From Acidobacteriota bacterium (GTDB taxonomy: Bacteria; Acidobacteriota; Aminicenantia; Aminicenantales; Aminicenantaceae), in the NCBI GenBank assembly GCA_030669585.1, contig DAOVDI010000003.1, forward strand, positions 1 through 59,256: a DNA stretch of 59,256 bases, read 5' to 3'. The notes under the pieces are model-generated. The model was not told the DNA's origin, did no database searches, and saw nothing but the letters and a program-made list of their open reading frames with translations. The position numbers were made by a program, and so were the translations under genes. Below, piece after piece: positions 30,508 to 41,522 of the stretch; within the stretch, counting starts at the first letter, position 1, and each line of letters opens with the position of its first letter.

Positions 30508-31611
30508 ATGGATCAGTCGAATGGCCGGAGAAGCTTCAAAGGGAATTTGTCCGGTCGCCCTTTCCCGCTCCTTCTTTTTTCTTTGTGGCAAGAAAGCGCG
30601 ACAGGCAGTCTGAAAATCAACGGTCCTTCTCTCAAGAAAGAGCTGGATTTCCTCAGCGGTTCCATTGTTTTCAGCGGAGAGAATCTTATGTTTGGACCAT
30701 TCTGCCAGGGACTTGTGAAAAAGGGGCTCCTGGGCGCTGAAGATCTGAAAAGCTGTAAGGATACGGCACGGGAACATAATGACTCCCTTATCAAAATATT
30801 TATGGAACAGCATGTTTTTACTCCTGACCGGTTCTGGCAGCTAATGGAGGAGTATGTTCAGGAAGACCTTTTCTCCCTGTTTGATCGTCTTGATGGCGAA
30901 TTTTTTTTTGATGCGGAAAAGGATCCGGCCAGGACAGGTGTTCTCCTTTTTATCTCTGTAACCGAGTTTATTCGACAGGGTGTGGACAGGATGAAGAATT
31001 TTGATGTTTTTAAAAAACATCTTCCTGGAAATTCCGACTCAGTTCTGACTTTGTCTCCCCGGGGTAAAAACCGGTCTTCTTTCCGGCCGCATGAAAAATA
31101 TTTGATGCATGTGATCGAAAATCACAAAAACCTGGAGGATATCCATAGATCCAGCAAGCTGGGGATGGTTGAAACTCAGAGGGTGCTTTTTTACCTCCTT
31201 TGCACCGGGGTTCTTATTGCAACGCGTAACGCGGGAAATGACCACTGGGCGAGTACAGTCTCCCAGACAGAGCTCCAGGATCAAATGGAAGACCTGAACA
31301 GGAGATGCGCATACATTCACAAATTTATGTCCAAAGAGATCGGGCCTGTTTCACTCAAGGTGTTGGAGAAGAGTATTAATGAGATCAATGGTTACCTGTC
31401 GCCCCTTTTTAAAGGCGTCAGACTTCAAAAAGACGGAAGAATAGATATCAAATCGATACTCAAAGCACAAATGACCCCATCCGGTAGAATATCCGGCAAG
31501 TATCTGTTCAGGGATTTGAATGAGATCCTTGCAGCAGAGGTTCTGGCTGTAAAAAAGACCATCGGGAGCAAAAAGGAATCTTTGCTTATTAAAAATCTCA
31601 AAGAAATATAA
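30508..31611 (+). CDS. DUF4388 (PATAN-like) domain protein
   Basis: FKGNLS..PFPLLL...ATGSLKI...LDFLSGSIV...DGEFFF pattern. Confidence 0.7.
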   Translation: MDQSNGRRSFKGNLSGRPFPLLLFSLWQESATGSLKINGPSLKKELDFLSGSIVFSGENLMFGPFCQGLVKKGLLGAEDLKSCKDTAREHNDSLIKIFMEQHVFTPDRFWQLMEEYVQEDLFSLFDRLDGEFFFDAEKDPARTGVLLFISVTEFIRQGVDRMKNFDVFKKHLPGNSDSVLTLSPRGKNRSSFRPHEKYLMHVIENHKNLEDIHRSSKLGMVETQRVLFYLLCTGVLIATRNAGNDHWASTVSQTELQDQMEDLNRRCAYIHKFMSKEIGPVSLKVLEKSINEINGYLSPLFKGVRLQKDGRIDIKSILKAQMTPSGRISGKYLFRDLNEILAAEVLAVKKTIGSKKESLLIKNLKEI

Positions 31612-31612
31612 A

Positions 31613-31696
31613 ATGATCAAGCGAAAGCAGCTCCTGGCGATTCTTCTGCTGGCCACACTGCTGGTTTTGTATGTTTTAATTAAAATTGCGATTTAA
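31613..31696 (+). CDS. Putative 27-aa single-pass membrane peptide
   Basis: [27 protein letters not shown]; starts 1 nt after the upstream stop and overlaps the miaA start. Confidence 0.5.
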   Translation: MIKRKQLLAILLLATLLVLYVLIKIAI

Positions 31697-32612
31697 ACAA
31701 AAAAGCCTCGTCATTATTTTAGGACCTACCGCTGTAGGGAAAAGCGCTGTTGCGGTCCAGGTTGCAAAAAAATTCAAGGGGGAGATCATCAACTGTGACT
31801 CCATGCAGGTTTATAAAGGTTTTGATATCGGTACGGATAAAATTTCCCCTGAGAAAATGGAAGGAATCGCCCATCATCTACTGGATTTTGTGAATCCTTC
31901 TTATCAATTCACTGCCGCTGACTTCATCAGACACACTATGGCCGCCTTGGAGGACATCCACAGCAGGAAAAAACTCCCTGTTATAACCGGGGGAACAGGG
32001 CTTTATCTAAAAACGCTTTTAGAAGGATTGTTTCCTGATGGGGGAAAAGACAGCCGCATTCGGAAGATACTTGAAGATGAGGCGAAAAAAAAGGGGCTCG
32101 AATATCAGTGGAAGATACTCTTGGATATTGATCCAATATATGCAGAGAAGATCGGCCCCAATGATCGGATCCGGATCATCAGGGCCCTGGAAGTTTTCTA
32201 TGCTACTAATAAGACATTAACAGAGCATTTCGCAGGGACAGAGCCATTTCTCAAAGATTTTTTTATTGTGAAGATCGGGTTAAAAATGGAAAGACCGCTC
32301 CTTTACACAAGGATCGAGGCAAGAGTCGATAAAATGTTCGAAAAGGGAATTGTCAAGGAAGCAAAAGCGCTTCTGAAATCCGGTATTGAAGCCGGGGCCC
32401 CTCCTTTCCGTGCGTTGGGTTACAAACATGTTTTGGCTTTTTTACAGCACAAGATAACTCTGGATGAAGCCGTCTGCATGACAAAGATAGATACGCGCCA
32501 TTATGCTAAAAGGCAGATGACCTGGTTTCGGAAGATGAATGGGATCATGTGGTTTCCCGCGGAGAAGAAGGAAGACATTTTAAGCTGCCTTGAGGAGATT
32601 TTGATCAAGTAA
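31686..32612 (+). CDS. miaA: tRNA dimethylallyltransferase
   Basis: [29 protein letters not shown]. Confidence 0.97.
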   Translation: MRFKQKSLVIILGPTAVGKSAVAVQVAKKFKGEIINCDSMQVYKGFDIGTDKISPEKMEGIAHHLLDFVNPSYQFTAADFIRHTMAALEDIHSRKKLPVITGGTGLYLKTLLEGLFPDGGKDSRIRKILEDEAKKKGLEYQWKILLDIDPIYAEKIGPNDRIRIIRALEVFYATNKTLTEHFAGTEPFLKDFFIVKIGLKMERPLLYTRIEARVDKMFEKGIVKEAKALLKSGIEAGAPPFRALGYKHVLAFLQHKITLDEAVCMTKIDTRHYAKRQMTWFRKMNGIMWFPAEKKEDILSCLEEILIK

Positions 32613-32613
32613 A

Positions 32614-33876
32614 ATGGAAAAAGCCATTCTTGTTCATCTGGCCACCAATAAGAGGGAAAAGATGGAGGCCGAAGAGTCTATGAAGGAACTTGAAGGATTG
32701 GCCTGCACAGCCGGGGCAAATGTGGCTGAGAAGATCTTTCAGTCCCGGAAGGAGATCACTCCGAGATACCTGATCGGAAAAGGGAAGGTCGATGAGATCA
32801 TACAACGGAAGAATGAGACGGATACGGATCTTATTATTTTTGAACATGATCTGACTCCAATACAACAGAGAAGCCTAGAGAACAAGATCGGGGAAAAGGT
32901 CATAGACCGCACACAGCTTATCTTGGATATTTTTTCCCAGCGGGCACGGAGCAAAGAGGGAAAGCTTCAGGTAGAAATGGCACAGTTAAATTATATTTTG
33001 CCAAGGCTCTCTGGAAAGGGACAGGCTCTGTCACGGCTGGGAGGTGGGATCGGGACAAGAGGACCGGGAGAACAAAAGCTGGAGGAAGACCGGAGAAAGG
33101 TCCAGGGCCGGATCACCAAGATCAAGAGAGACATTAAAAAGATCCAAAAGCGACGTGAGGATCAGAGAAGAAGCCGGAAGAAATCCCCTGTTCCTTTTGT
33201 TTCGTTTGTAGGTTATACAAATGCTGGAAAATCAAGCCTGTTCAATATTTTGACAAGGGGAAAGACCCTGACTTCGTCCTATCTGTTCGCCACCCTCGAC
33301 CCTGTACTCCGGCGTGTCACATTCACTGACGGGCTCTATTTTTTTCTCAGTGATACCGTTGGATTTATAAAAAGTCTTCCTGAAGAGCTAATTACGGCTT
33401 TTATGGCTACGCTTGAGGAGGTCCGTGAGGCCGATTGTTTATGCCACATTATTGACACGACTTCTTCTTATGCCGCAAACCAGATCGCCGCTGTAGAGAG
33501 CATACTTGCCAAACTGGGGATTCAGGATATTCCTGTGATCAAAGTGTATAACAAAATCGACCTTCTGCCAGATTTTCCGGTCCTTTTAAAAAAGAACGAA
33601 CAGGAATGTGGAACCGAGGTCTATATTTCGGCCAAAGAAAAACTCGGGATAATCAGCCTGAAAAAAACTCTGCATGATATCCTGTTCAGCGATTATTGCT
33701 GTTATCATATTCGGATACCAAAATCCCACAAAGAATTAATTCACTCTTTCCCAAAATGGTCAATTGTGTTAAAAAGAAGGGACAGAGGCCGTGATATGGA
33801 ATTCAAGATCATGGCAAGACCCGATAATATGATACAATATATGCCATATATCGTACGAGGAGACTGCCATTGGTAA
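32614..33876 (+). CDS. hflX: GTPase HflX
   Basis: [31 protein letters not shown]. Confidence 0.97.
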   Translation: MEKAILVHLATNKREKMEAEESMKELEGLACTAGANVAEKIFQSRKEITPRYLIGKGKVDEIIQRKNETDTDLIIFEHDLTPIQQRSLENKIGEKVIDRTQLILDIFSQRARSKEGKLQVEMAQLNYILPRLSGKGQALSRLGGGIGTRGPGEQKLEEDRRKVQGRITKIKRDIKKIQKRREDQRRSRKKSPVPFVSFVGYTNAGKSSLFNILTRGKTLTSSYLFATLDPVLRRVTFTDGLYFFLSDTVGFIKSLPEELITAFMATLEEVREADCLCHIIDTTSSYAANQIAAVESILAKLGIQDIPVIKVYNKIDLLPDFPVLLKKNEQECGTEVYISAKEKLGIISLKKTLHDILFSDYCCYHIRIPKSHKELIHSFPKWSIVLKRRDRGRDMEFKIMARPDNMIQYMPYIVRGDCHW

Positions 33877-35195
33877 AGAAAATCCTATTCTGCCTGATCG
33901 TTTTATCTCTTTTATTCTGGTCCTGTGCAACCTATAAATCTCCCCCTCCCTCCATGTATTTAGAAGAGCTCCCGGCTGCCGGGACAGCGGATCTTTCTCT
34001 GGATGAACGGATTATCGCCGAAGATGCATGGGCGCTTCTTAAGAAGGGCAATACCAGGAAAGCCCGGAAGCTGTTTGCAAAGCTGGGAACATCCAATTTC
34101 TTTTATTACACCGGTATGGGGTATGCGTCCTATCTCCTCAGAGAACTGCCTGCTGCTGAGGAATTCTTCAAGTTTGCAGTCCGCCTTAAGCCGAATATGA
34201 CTCTGGCCCATCTGGGCCTGGCTCAGGTTTATCAGGATACGGGACGTTTGGACAATGCCTTTTCTGAATTCAGAGAAGTCCTGAAAAATGAACCAGAACA
34301 TACATGGGTTGTTGCCAGGTATGAAACCATCAAAGCAGAGAGAACAGAAGCCCTACTGAATGAAGCCAAAACCTTTTTAGCCGGCGGAAGCCTGGATAAA
34401 GGCAAAGAAACCTTTCTCAAAGCTCTGTTCTTTTCTCCGGATTCTGTCGATGCACATTGGAATCTTGCCAAGATCTTTTTCGAAGAAGAAAAATGGACAA
34501 GCGCTCTTGTCCATCTGAAATCCGCGATTTCCAAAGATCCGGATAATTCAGTCATTCTGAAACTTTATGCTGAGACACTATTTCAGGCAGAGGATTATAA
34601 GTCAAGCCTGGAGGCTTTCGAGAATCTTCAGGAATCCGATCCGGATAACCAGGAAATAAAAGAGCGCCTTGAGACTATCAAGAACCGCCTTGGTATTTTT
34701 GAGCTTCCGAGTCAGTATAATGCCATCCCATTTTCAGAAGCGATCACAAAACAGGATGTCGCTGCACTGGTCGGTGTGAAATTTAGGTCCATCATGAACG
34801 AACGCATTCAGAAACCGCCCATCATCATAGATATTGCAACTTCCTGGGCTCAAAAATATATCATCAAGGTCACAACACTTGGAATTCTTGATGTCTACCC
34901 CAACCATGAATTCCAGCCGGGAAAGATCATAACCCGGGCGGAAGCGGCAATAACTCTCGTCCGGTTGATCGACTATCTGAAAAAGAAGGGATTCAGCTTT
35001 GTTCAGCATATTCCGCCTGACCGTATTCAATTAGAGGATGTTTCCATCGATCATTTTGATTATATTCCCATTATCAAGATTTTATCTTATGATATCATGT
35101 CCCTGGAATCCGGTAGAACTTTTAACCCTGACAGACCGGTGGCGGGCCGGGAGATGTTCAAATACATAGATATTATCTTAGCGTTGGTCCAATGA
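33870..35195 (+). CDS. TPR lipoprotein with C-terminal S-layer homology domains
   Basis: Lipobox LFWSC; TPRs; SLH-like DI..SWA..YI...GI..YP..EFQP...ITRAE. Confidence 0.75.
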   Translation: MVKKILFCLIVLSLLFWSCATYKSPPPSMYLEELPAAGTADLSLDERIIAEDAWALLKKGNTRKARKLFAKLGTSNFFYYTGMGYASYLLRELPAAEEFFKFAVRLKPNMTLAHLGLAQVYQDTGRLDNAFSEFREVLKNEPEHTWVVARYETIKAERTEALLNEAKTFLAGGSLDKGKETFLKALFFSPDSVDAHWNLAKIFFEEEKWTSALVHLKSAISKDPDNSVILKLYAETLFQAEDYKSSLEAFENLQESDPDNQEIKERLETIKNRLGIFELPSQYNAIPFSEAITKQDVAALVGVKFRSIMNERIQKPPIIIDIATSWAQKYIIKVTTLGILDVYPNHEFQPGKIITRAEAAITLVRLIDYLKKKGFSFVQHIPPDRIQLEDVSIDHFDYIPIIKILSYDIMSLESGRTFNPDRPVAGREMFKYIDIILALVQ

Positions 35196-35225
35196 GCGCA
35201 GATGCCTGATTTGAGCTGATCATAG

Positions 35226-35804
35226 ATGAAAGATGAAATAAAAGACCGGATGTTTTCCATCCCAAATATTCTAAGCCTCATCAGAATCCTGCTAGTTCCT
35301 GTTTTTATTGTATTGATCTTGAATAAAAAGATCTTTGAAGGGTTTCTTGTTTTCCTGATCGCCAGCGCTACGGACGCCTTGGACGGCTTTATCGCCCGGG
35401 CCTTCCATCAGAAAACAAGACTGGGGCAGTTCCTTGATCCTGCCGCTGATAAGCTGTTGATGAACGCTTCTTATATTGTCCTATCGATTTCCTCCCTCCG
35501 CTATTCCAATGTTATCCCCATTTGGTTGACCGGATGTGTTTTCGTTCGTGATATCCTGATTGTGAGCGTTTCTTTTTATTTGTACAGTATAACGAACAAA
35601 AAGTATGTCAGTGTGAGTATTCCGGGTAAACTGACGACTATCTGTCAAACAGCAGTGCTTCTTCTGGTCCTTTTTTTTAACTGGAAAGAGATAACACCCT
35701 CGATTCTAATGTGGTTTTATTATTTAACGCTGATCCTGACCATTTTTTCTGGAATAAACTATACGGTAAAGGGTTTCCAGCTGTATAAGCGCCGAACACG
35801 CTGA
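35226..35804 (+). CDS. CDP-alcohol phosphatidyltransferase (PgsA-like)
   Basis: PNILSLIR, DALDGFIAR, G.FLDPAADK. Confidence 0.9.
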   Translation: MKDEIKDRMFSIPNILSLIRILLVPVFIVLILNKKIFEGFLVFLIASATDALDGFIARAFHQKTRLGQFLDPAADKLLMNASYIVLSISSLRYSNVIPIWLTGCVFVRDILIVSVSFYLYSITNKKYVSVSIPGKLTTICQTAVLLLVLFFNWKEITPSILMWFYYLTLILTIFSGINYTVKGFQLYKRRTR

Positions 35805-35821
35805 AGCCTGCCCTGGAGCGG

Positions 35822-37270
35822 TTATATAGTTTTGTCTATAAAACCTTTTCTTAGCGTCTTCCAGAGGATCTTAATATCGAGAAGAAGCGACCAATTCTCT
35901 ATGTAATAAAAATCGTATTCGATCCTTTTCTCGATGGGTGTATCCTGGCGCAGGCCGTGAATCTGAGCCCACCCGGTCACACCGGATTTAACTTTATGAC
36001 GCAGCATATATTTGGGAATTTTTTCTTTGAAATCTTTTACAAAAACGGGCCTTTCCGGACGAGGCCCGACCAGGCTCATTTTTCCCATGAGAACATTGAA
36101 GAGCTGCGGCAGTTCATCAATACTTAATTTTCTCAGGATCCTGCCTAACTTTGTAATTCGGGGATCATCAGGCTTGGACATGACAGGACCGGTCGATTTT
36201 TCTGCGTCACTTACCATGGTTCTGAATTTGTGCATGACAAATTTTTTTCCGTCCAACCCGGTTCTATCCTGATGGTAATACACTGACCCTCTGGATGTTA
36301 TTTTTATCAGAAGAGATACGATCAGAAAAAGCGGGAGAAGCAGGACCAGGGCAATAAAAGATACTACTATGTCCATAATTCGTTTAACGAAGATCATTAT
36401 GCCGCGTGCAGGAGGTTCATCAATACTGATGACAGGAAGCCCGTCAAGGTCTTCAATTCGGGAGTTCAAGGTCATAAGCTGAAATAGATCCGGAATAAAA
36501 CGAACATTGACAGTGTATTTATTCATGACTTTGAGAATATCTATAATTTTCGGATAGTTGGTTAAATTGAGCGCGACATAAACATCGTTGATATCTCCTC
36601 CTTCCAGGAGGGGCTCGAGTTTATCCAATCCGCCGAGAACCTTGACTTCCTGGCCGATATCGATTTTTTGACCTTCTTTAACTCCATCATCCAGAAAACC
36701 TTTTACTGTAAATCCCAGGTCTTTATATTTTGCCAGCTTGAGACCGACGGCTTTTCCCATTTTTCCGGCGCCGATGATTAGGACATTCTGGAGGCTCAGT
36801 CCTCTGGCATAACGTCTTTTCATGTAGAAATAGATCTGATTTCTCAAGAAAGAGATCATAAAGATAACCACAATAAAATAGACGCCGAGGAACCAGTGGC
36901 TTATTTTAAAATCAAAGTGGAACAGGGGGGCTGCCCCCTGACTGTACGAATAAAGATAATTCTGTGCAGCCTGGAAAAAAATCATGGTAAATATCGCGTT
37001 CAGCATGATGGTGAAAAAGTCATCCAGTTTGGTCCGCCGGAGCCGGGTTTTGTAAAATCCCTGCAAAAAGAAAATAAAGAGATGGACGATCAGAAATGCA
37101 GGAAACACATAGATATAGGATTTTAGAGGCGGGATGCCCTTTTCAGGGTTGATGGGTATGATATAAACGTAGAAGCGGAAACCGTAGGAATAAAAGTAAG
37201 AGAGAAAAATAGCGAGCATATCGCTCAGGATAAAAAGGCCGATCAAGCGTGTCTTGTATTTTCTAAGCAT
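35822..37270 (-). CDS. Undecaprenyl-phosphate sugar phosphotransferase (WcaJ-like)
   Basis: [38 protein letters not shown]. Confidence 0.92.
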   Translation of the reverse strand: MLRKYKTRLIGLFILSDMLAIFLSYFYSYGFRFYVYIIPINPEKGIPPLKSYIYVFPAFLIVHLFIFFLQGFYKTRLRRTKLDDFFTIMLNAIFTMIFFQAAQNYLYSYSQGAAPLFHFDFKISHWFLGVYFIVVIFMISFLRNQIYFYMKRRYARGLSLQNVLIIGAGKMGKAVGLKLAKYKDLGFTVKGFLDDGVKEGQKIDIGQEVKVLGGLDKLEPLLEGGDINDVYVALNLTNYPKIIDILKVMNKYTVNVRFIPDLFQLMTLNSRIEDLDGLPVISIDEPPARGIMIFVKRIMDIVVSFIALVLLLPLFLIVSLLIKITSRGSVYYHQDRTGLDGKKFVMHKFRTMVSDAEKSTGPVMSKPDDPRITKLGRILRKLSIDELPQLFNVLMGKMSLVGPRPERPVFVKDFKEKIPKYMLRHKVKSGVTGWAQIHGLRQDTPIEKRIEYDFYYIENWSLLLDIKILWKTLRKGFIDKTI

Positions 37271-38379
37271 ATTCCACTTGTGTGTTCATTCCATTTTTCT
37301 AAGATATATGACATGATTTTATTCTTGAATGCCTCGCGTGAAAACCTCATGGCATTTGAGCGAATTGATTTTTTATTAAAAGTCATGATGTTGAAATTGT
37401 CAAGCGCCTCAAGCAGCCCTTTCACAGACAGGTCATGGAACAAAATGCCTGTCTTGCCCTGGATAACGGTTTCCGCCGCGCCGCCCTGCCCGTATGCGAT
37501 GACAGGAACACCGCAGGCCTGGGATTCCAGAGAGTTGATCCCAAAATCCTCCTCACCGGGCATGATCAGCGCTTTGGCCCTTTGATAGATTTTCAGTAGA
37601 TCGCTGTCTTCAAGATATCCGAGAAATTGAATATTCTTTGACGCCATTTTCCGGAGTTTTTTATCATCGGGTCCCTGTCCAATAATCCTGAGCGGCAGGC
37701 CTGATCGATTGAAGGCTTTTACCGCGATATCGATCTTTTTATAAGGGACAAGGGCGGATACGATCAGATAGTAATCTTCTTCCTCCTCAGCAGGTTGAAA
37801 AAATTCCGTTTCCACAGGAGGATGGACTACATCGGCGTTTCTCCGGTAATAGCGTCTGATTCTCTGAGCCACAGCTCCTGAATTGGCAATAAAATGATCG
37901 ACCCTGTGAGATGAGGACTCATCCCACATCCTCAGGTAATGGATGACCGGCGGGATAAAAAAGCGGGAAAAAACACCGAGTTTTTCAATAGAAAAATAGG
38001 AAAAATACTGGTTCCATGCATACCGCATGGGAGAGTGAATATAGCTGATATGCAGGGAGTCCGGCCGTGGGATGATTCCTTTAGCCACACAATGAGAGCT
38101 GGAAATTATCAGATCGAAGTCCTGAAGGTCGAAGAGCTCGGCAGCCAGAGGGAATAACGGAAGGTAGTGCCGGAACTTTGATCTGAGGAAAGGAAGCCTC
38201 TGGATAAAACTGGTGTGGACACGCCTTTTTTCGATATCCTTGATCTGGCTTCCAGGAAAGTGGAACAGAGTATAGATAGGAGCATCAGGAAAGATTTCGG
38301 CAAAGATCTCAAAAACTTTTTCCCCTCCGCGGCGGACCGGAAACCAGTCGTGGACAAGAGCTGCCTTAATATTGTTCAT
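37243..38379 (-). CDS. GT4 glycosyltransferase
   Basis: LVHDW..RRGGEKV, EDFGINSLESQACG. Confidence 0.9.
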   Translation of the reverse strand: MNNIKAALVHDWFPVRRGGEKVFEIFAEIFPDAPIYTLFHFPGSQIKDIEKRRVHTSFIQRLPFLRSKFRHYLPLFPLAAELFDLQDFDLIISSSHCVAKGIIPRPDSLHISYIHSPMRYAWNQYFSYFSIEKLGVFSRFFIPPVIHYLRMWDESSSHRVDHFIANSGAVAQRIRRYYRRNADVVHPPVETEFFQPAEEEEDYYLIVSALVPYKKIDIAVKAFNRSGLPLRIIGQGPDDKKLRKMASKNIQFLGYLEDSDLLKIYQRAKALIMPGEEDFGINSLESQACGVPVIAYGQGGAAETVIQGKTGILFHDLSVKGLLEALDNFNIMTFNKKSIRSNAMRFSREAFKNKIMSYILEKWNEHTSGICLENTRHA

Positions 38380-38386
38380 TGGCGTG

Positions 38387-38416
38387 ATTATAATGAAGCC
38401 CTCGATCTTTTGTCAA
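38387..38416 (-). promoter_or_regulatory. Sigma-70 promoter with consensus hexamers (leaderless-type)
   Basis: TTGACA-18 bp-TATAAT-7 nt-ATG 38379. Confidence 0.7.
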
Positions 38417-39564
38417 TCGGCCTGGTCTTTTGCTTCAGATGCGAGGTATTTATAATAATTCTCGACCTCAGCAGTCATGCGGGTCAGGCCGTATGACTCA
38501 GTGATATGCTTCTTCAGATTTTGCGCCAGACGATCGGCCAGGCTCCTGTCTCGAACAAGGCGGAGCACAGCCACGGCCAGTCCGGTTGCATCCTCAGCCG
38601 GAACCAGAAGCCCGGTCTCTCCGTCCCTGATCATTTCCCTAACACCGTCGATAGAGGTTGCGACCACAGGCTTGGCCATTCCAGCCGCTTCCATCAGAAC
38701 ATAGGGAAGTCCTTCCCAGAGAGATGGAAGGATAAATATGTCAAACAGGGACAGGAGCTCCATTGCATCTTCCCTTTCTCCCAGAAAAAGGATCTTTTCA
38801 TCCAGGGCAAGATCACGGGTCAGGCTTTTTATTTTTTCTTCCTGAGGGCCCCCGCCAACGATCAGGAGTACAGCATCCGGCAGTTCCTTAGAGATTCCGG
38901 CCATAGCCTGAACGAGAAAGGGGATACCCTTCTGTCGATGAAGCCGGGCTACTGTTCCCAGGACTGGTTTTTTCAGATGGACACCAAGTGCAGCCTTCTT
39001 TTCCGCCTTAGCCACGGTTGAGAGGTTTTTTATTTCTGAAAAATTTATTCCGTTTTTAATGATTCGCATTTTTGATTCGGAACATAAACGGTATTTTATT
39101 GCCTGTTTCTGATCCGCCTCACTTACAAGGATTACGCCGTGGGTATAGCGGGAATACCACCTCTCCAGGAGGATATACAGGAGTCTTGCCACCGGATTCC
39201 TGTAATGAAGATAGTGGATGCCGTGGAGCGTGTGCAAAATGACCGGCACTCCACATTTCCTCGCGGCCCGGCGGCCGAAAAATCCGGCAACGCCTCCATG
39301 CGTATGGACGATATCAAAATGGTTGTTCTTAAAGACCTGGACAAGTGACTTTTGGGTCTTTCCATGAACTCTTTTGGAGAAGGGAACTGAAAAATGGGAG
39401 ATTCCCTGCCGTTTCACCTCATCCACGAAAGGACCGCCGCCGTCAGAACAAACAGCAATGTCGAATGTGTTCCTGTTCAGAGATGCAGCGATGGACAGAA
39501 CGTTGCGCTGCCCTCCTCCCAAGAACGGCCTGTCAATGATCTCAAGTATTCTTATCTTTTTCAT
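38413..39564 (-). CDS. GT4 glycosyltransferase
   Basis: GGGQR, VHTH, PSLWEGLPYVLMEA. Confidence 0.92.
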   Translation of the reverse strand: MKKIRILEIIDRPFLGGGQRNVLSIAASLNRNTFDIAVCSDGGGPFVDEVKRQGISHFSVPFSKRVHGKTQKSLVQVFKNNHFDIVHTHGGVAGFFGRRAARKCGVPVILHTLHGIHYLHYRNPVARLLYILLERWYSRYTHGVILVSEADQKQAIKYRLCSESKMRIIKNGINFSEIKNLSTVAKAEKKAALGVHLKKPVLGTVARLHRQKGIPFLVQAMAGISKELPDAVLLIVGGGPQEEKIKSLTRDLALDEKILFLGEREDAMELLSLFDIFILPSLWEGLPYVLMEAAGMAKPVVATSIDGVREMIRDGETGLLVPAEDATGLAVAVLRLVRDRSLADRLAQNLKKHITESYGLTRMTAEVENYYKYLASEAKDQAD

Positions 39565-40360
39565 GGATCCTGTTCAAGGTTTTTCGCAGGAAACATCGGA
39601 GGAGAATCCGGGACAATTTTGAATTGTGCTTCCTGTAGAAATATATTTGGCTTTCCCGGTAAATATACCGGCTTTTTATAGAGAGAGAAGATGTGCTGGC
39701 TCCTCCCTCATGGAAGACACGAGACTGGGGTACAAACGCTATTTTCCAGCCTTTGTTCTTTATCCGGTAGCAGAGGTCGATATCCTCATAATAAAGAAAA
39801 AAATGTTCGTCAAATGCTCCGGCCTGCTCAAAGGCTTTCCTTCGTATAAAAAGACAGGCGCCGCTGACCCAGTCCACCTCTTTAATTGTTTCCATCCGCC
39901 TGATCTTTCGCCTGTAAACTGAATTCAGGAACATCTTCAGGGCCATTTCATTAAAAAATCCACGTTTAAAGCCGAAAGACACCTGAAAGGTTTTTTCTTT
40001 TCCGAAAAGGACAGGACCGGCAGCTCCGGCCTCCGGGGTGTTTTTCATCCAGTCCATCAGGATTTTAAGGGCTCCTGAGCAGAGGACGGTATCGGTGTTT
40101 AAAAACAGGATAAAATCTCCGGAACTTTCTGTAAATCCTTTATTGTTGGCTCTTGAAAATCCGAGATTTTCCCGGTTCTGAATAAGACGGACATTGGGAA
40201 AACTCTTTTGTACCAGGGCCTGGCTTCCATCCGTAGAGGCATTGTCAACCAGAATGATCTCAAGGTCGACATGTTGTTCTTCCTTGCGGATAGACAGCAG
40301 GCAGTCTTCCAGATGAGGCCTGTCGTTGTAATTGACAATGATAACAGAGAGATCAGGCAT
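39542..40360 (-). CDS. GT2 glycosyltransferase (WbbL/rhamnosyltransferase-like)
   Basis: SVIIVNYN, VDNASTD, LNTD, WVSGAC, YYEDIDLC; start taken at MPDLS. Confidence 0.9.
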   Translation of the reverse strand: MPDLSVIIVNYNDRPHLEDCLLSIRKEEQHVDLEIILVDNASTDGSQALVQKSFPNVRLIQNRENLGFSRANNKGFTESSGDFILFLNTDTVLCSGALKILMDWMKNTPEAGAAGPVLFGKEKTFQVSFGFKRGFFNEMALKMFLNSVYRRKIRRMETIKEVDWVSGACLFIRRKAFEQAGAFDEHFFLYYEDIDLCYRIKNKGWKIAFVPQSRVFHEGGASTSSLSIKSRYIYRESQIYFYRKHNSKLSRILLRCFLRKTLNRIHEKDKNT

Positions 40361-41522
40361 GGTCCCTTTTTCCTCGGAGACACATATCAAATATGTCTTC
40401 GACCTGTCTGACGTGTTTTTCCAGAGAAAATCTTTCTTTATAAGTTTGGAGACCGTTTTTTACGATCTCAGAGGTCAGGACCGGATCATGAAAAACAGAC
40501 TCTACGGCCGATTGGATCGTATCAGGATCAGTTGAATCCATCAGATAACCGTTTTGTTTATGCGAGATTATTTCCGGAAGGCCGCCTGATTTAAGAGCGA
40601 GAACCGGAGTGCCTGCGGCCATAGCCTCAACCGCTGTGCGTCCGAACGACTCGACACGGGATGCAACAATCAGAAGGTCCATAGCTTTAAGATATTTAAA
40701 AACATCCGGGGCATACCCTGTAAAAAATATACGGTCTTGGAGACTGTATTGATGGATCAGCCTTTCAAGTTCCCGGTTGTATCGCCGGTCTTTAACAGCT
40801 CCAGTTATAAAAAGCTTGATCGAAGGAAGGCTCCGGCGAAGCCTTTCCACAGCCAGGATTACCTCTTTCTGGCCTTTACCGGCATATATCTTTCCGATGA
40901 TTCCCAATGTGAGATCATCATGTGAAAGACCCAGGGCCTTTTTCGCTTCTGTCCGGTCACGCGGCCCCTTGCCTTCGAAGGGGATCCCATTGTATACCAC
41001 CCGTACGTTGGGATATTCTTCAAAAGGGCGGCGGCTTGCTTCGGAATTGACGATAACACAGCACGACGATCTTGATATCAGGCGGACAAGGTTTTTCCGT
41101 CCAAGAATATAAAACAGGATGGACTGATCCCCGGCAAGTATTTCATGAATAGACCAGACATGGGGCACATTCAAACGTTTCGCAGCAAGAGAGCCGCTGA
41201 ATACAGAAGCGGAATTGGAGAAAATAAGCCGGACATTCTTCTCTGCAGCGGCTTGGGCGATCAACCTGGTGCTCCTTAAATTCAGAGCCCAGGATAATGG
41301 CTGCTTCCATATGTTTGCCCTTTCCGTCAGCCGCCATTTCATGGGGATGGTCAGAGATTCGCATCTGCATTTGACTGCTTCGTCTTTTAAAGGACCGTTT
41401 CTTGGTGTAATGAGAACAGGCCGGAATTTTGTGCGGTCGATCGTCTTTATCAGATTCAGGAGCATAAGTTCCGCCCCGTTGAGTTCGGCAGAATGAGAGA
41501 CGAAGAGAACAGCGGTTGTCAT
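40353..41522 (-). CDS. GT4 glycosyltransferase
   Basis: SHSAELNGAE, ESFGRTAVEAMA. Confidence 0.92.
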   Translation of the reverse strand: MTTAVLFVSHSAELNGAELMLLNLIKTIDRTKFRPVLITPRNGPLKDEAVKCRCESLTIPMKWRLTERANIWKQPLSWALNLRSTRLIAQAAAEKNVRLIFSNSASVFSGSLAAKRLNVPHVWSIHEILAGDQSILFYILGRKNLVRLISRSSCCVIVNSEASRRPFEEYPNVRVVYNGIPFEGKGPRDRTEAKKALGLSHDDLTLGIIGKIYAGKGQKEVILAVERLRRSLPSIKLFITGAVKDRRYNRELERLIHQYSLQDRIFFTGYAPDVFKYLKAMDLLIVASRVESFGRTAVEAMAAGTPVLALKSGGLPEIISHKQNGYLMDSTDPDTIQSAVESVFHDPVLTSEIVKNGLQTYKERFSLEKHVRQVEDIFDMCLRGKRDHA

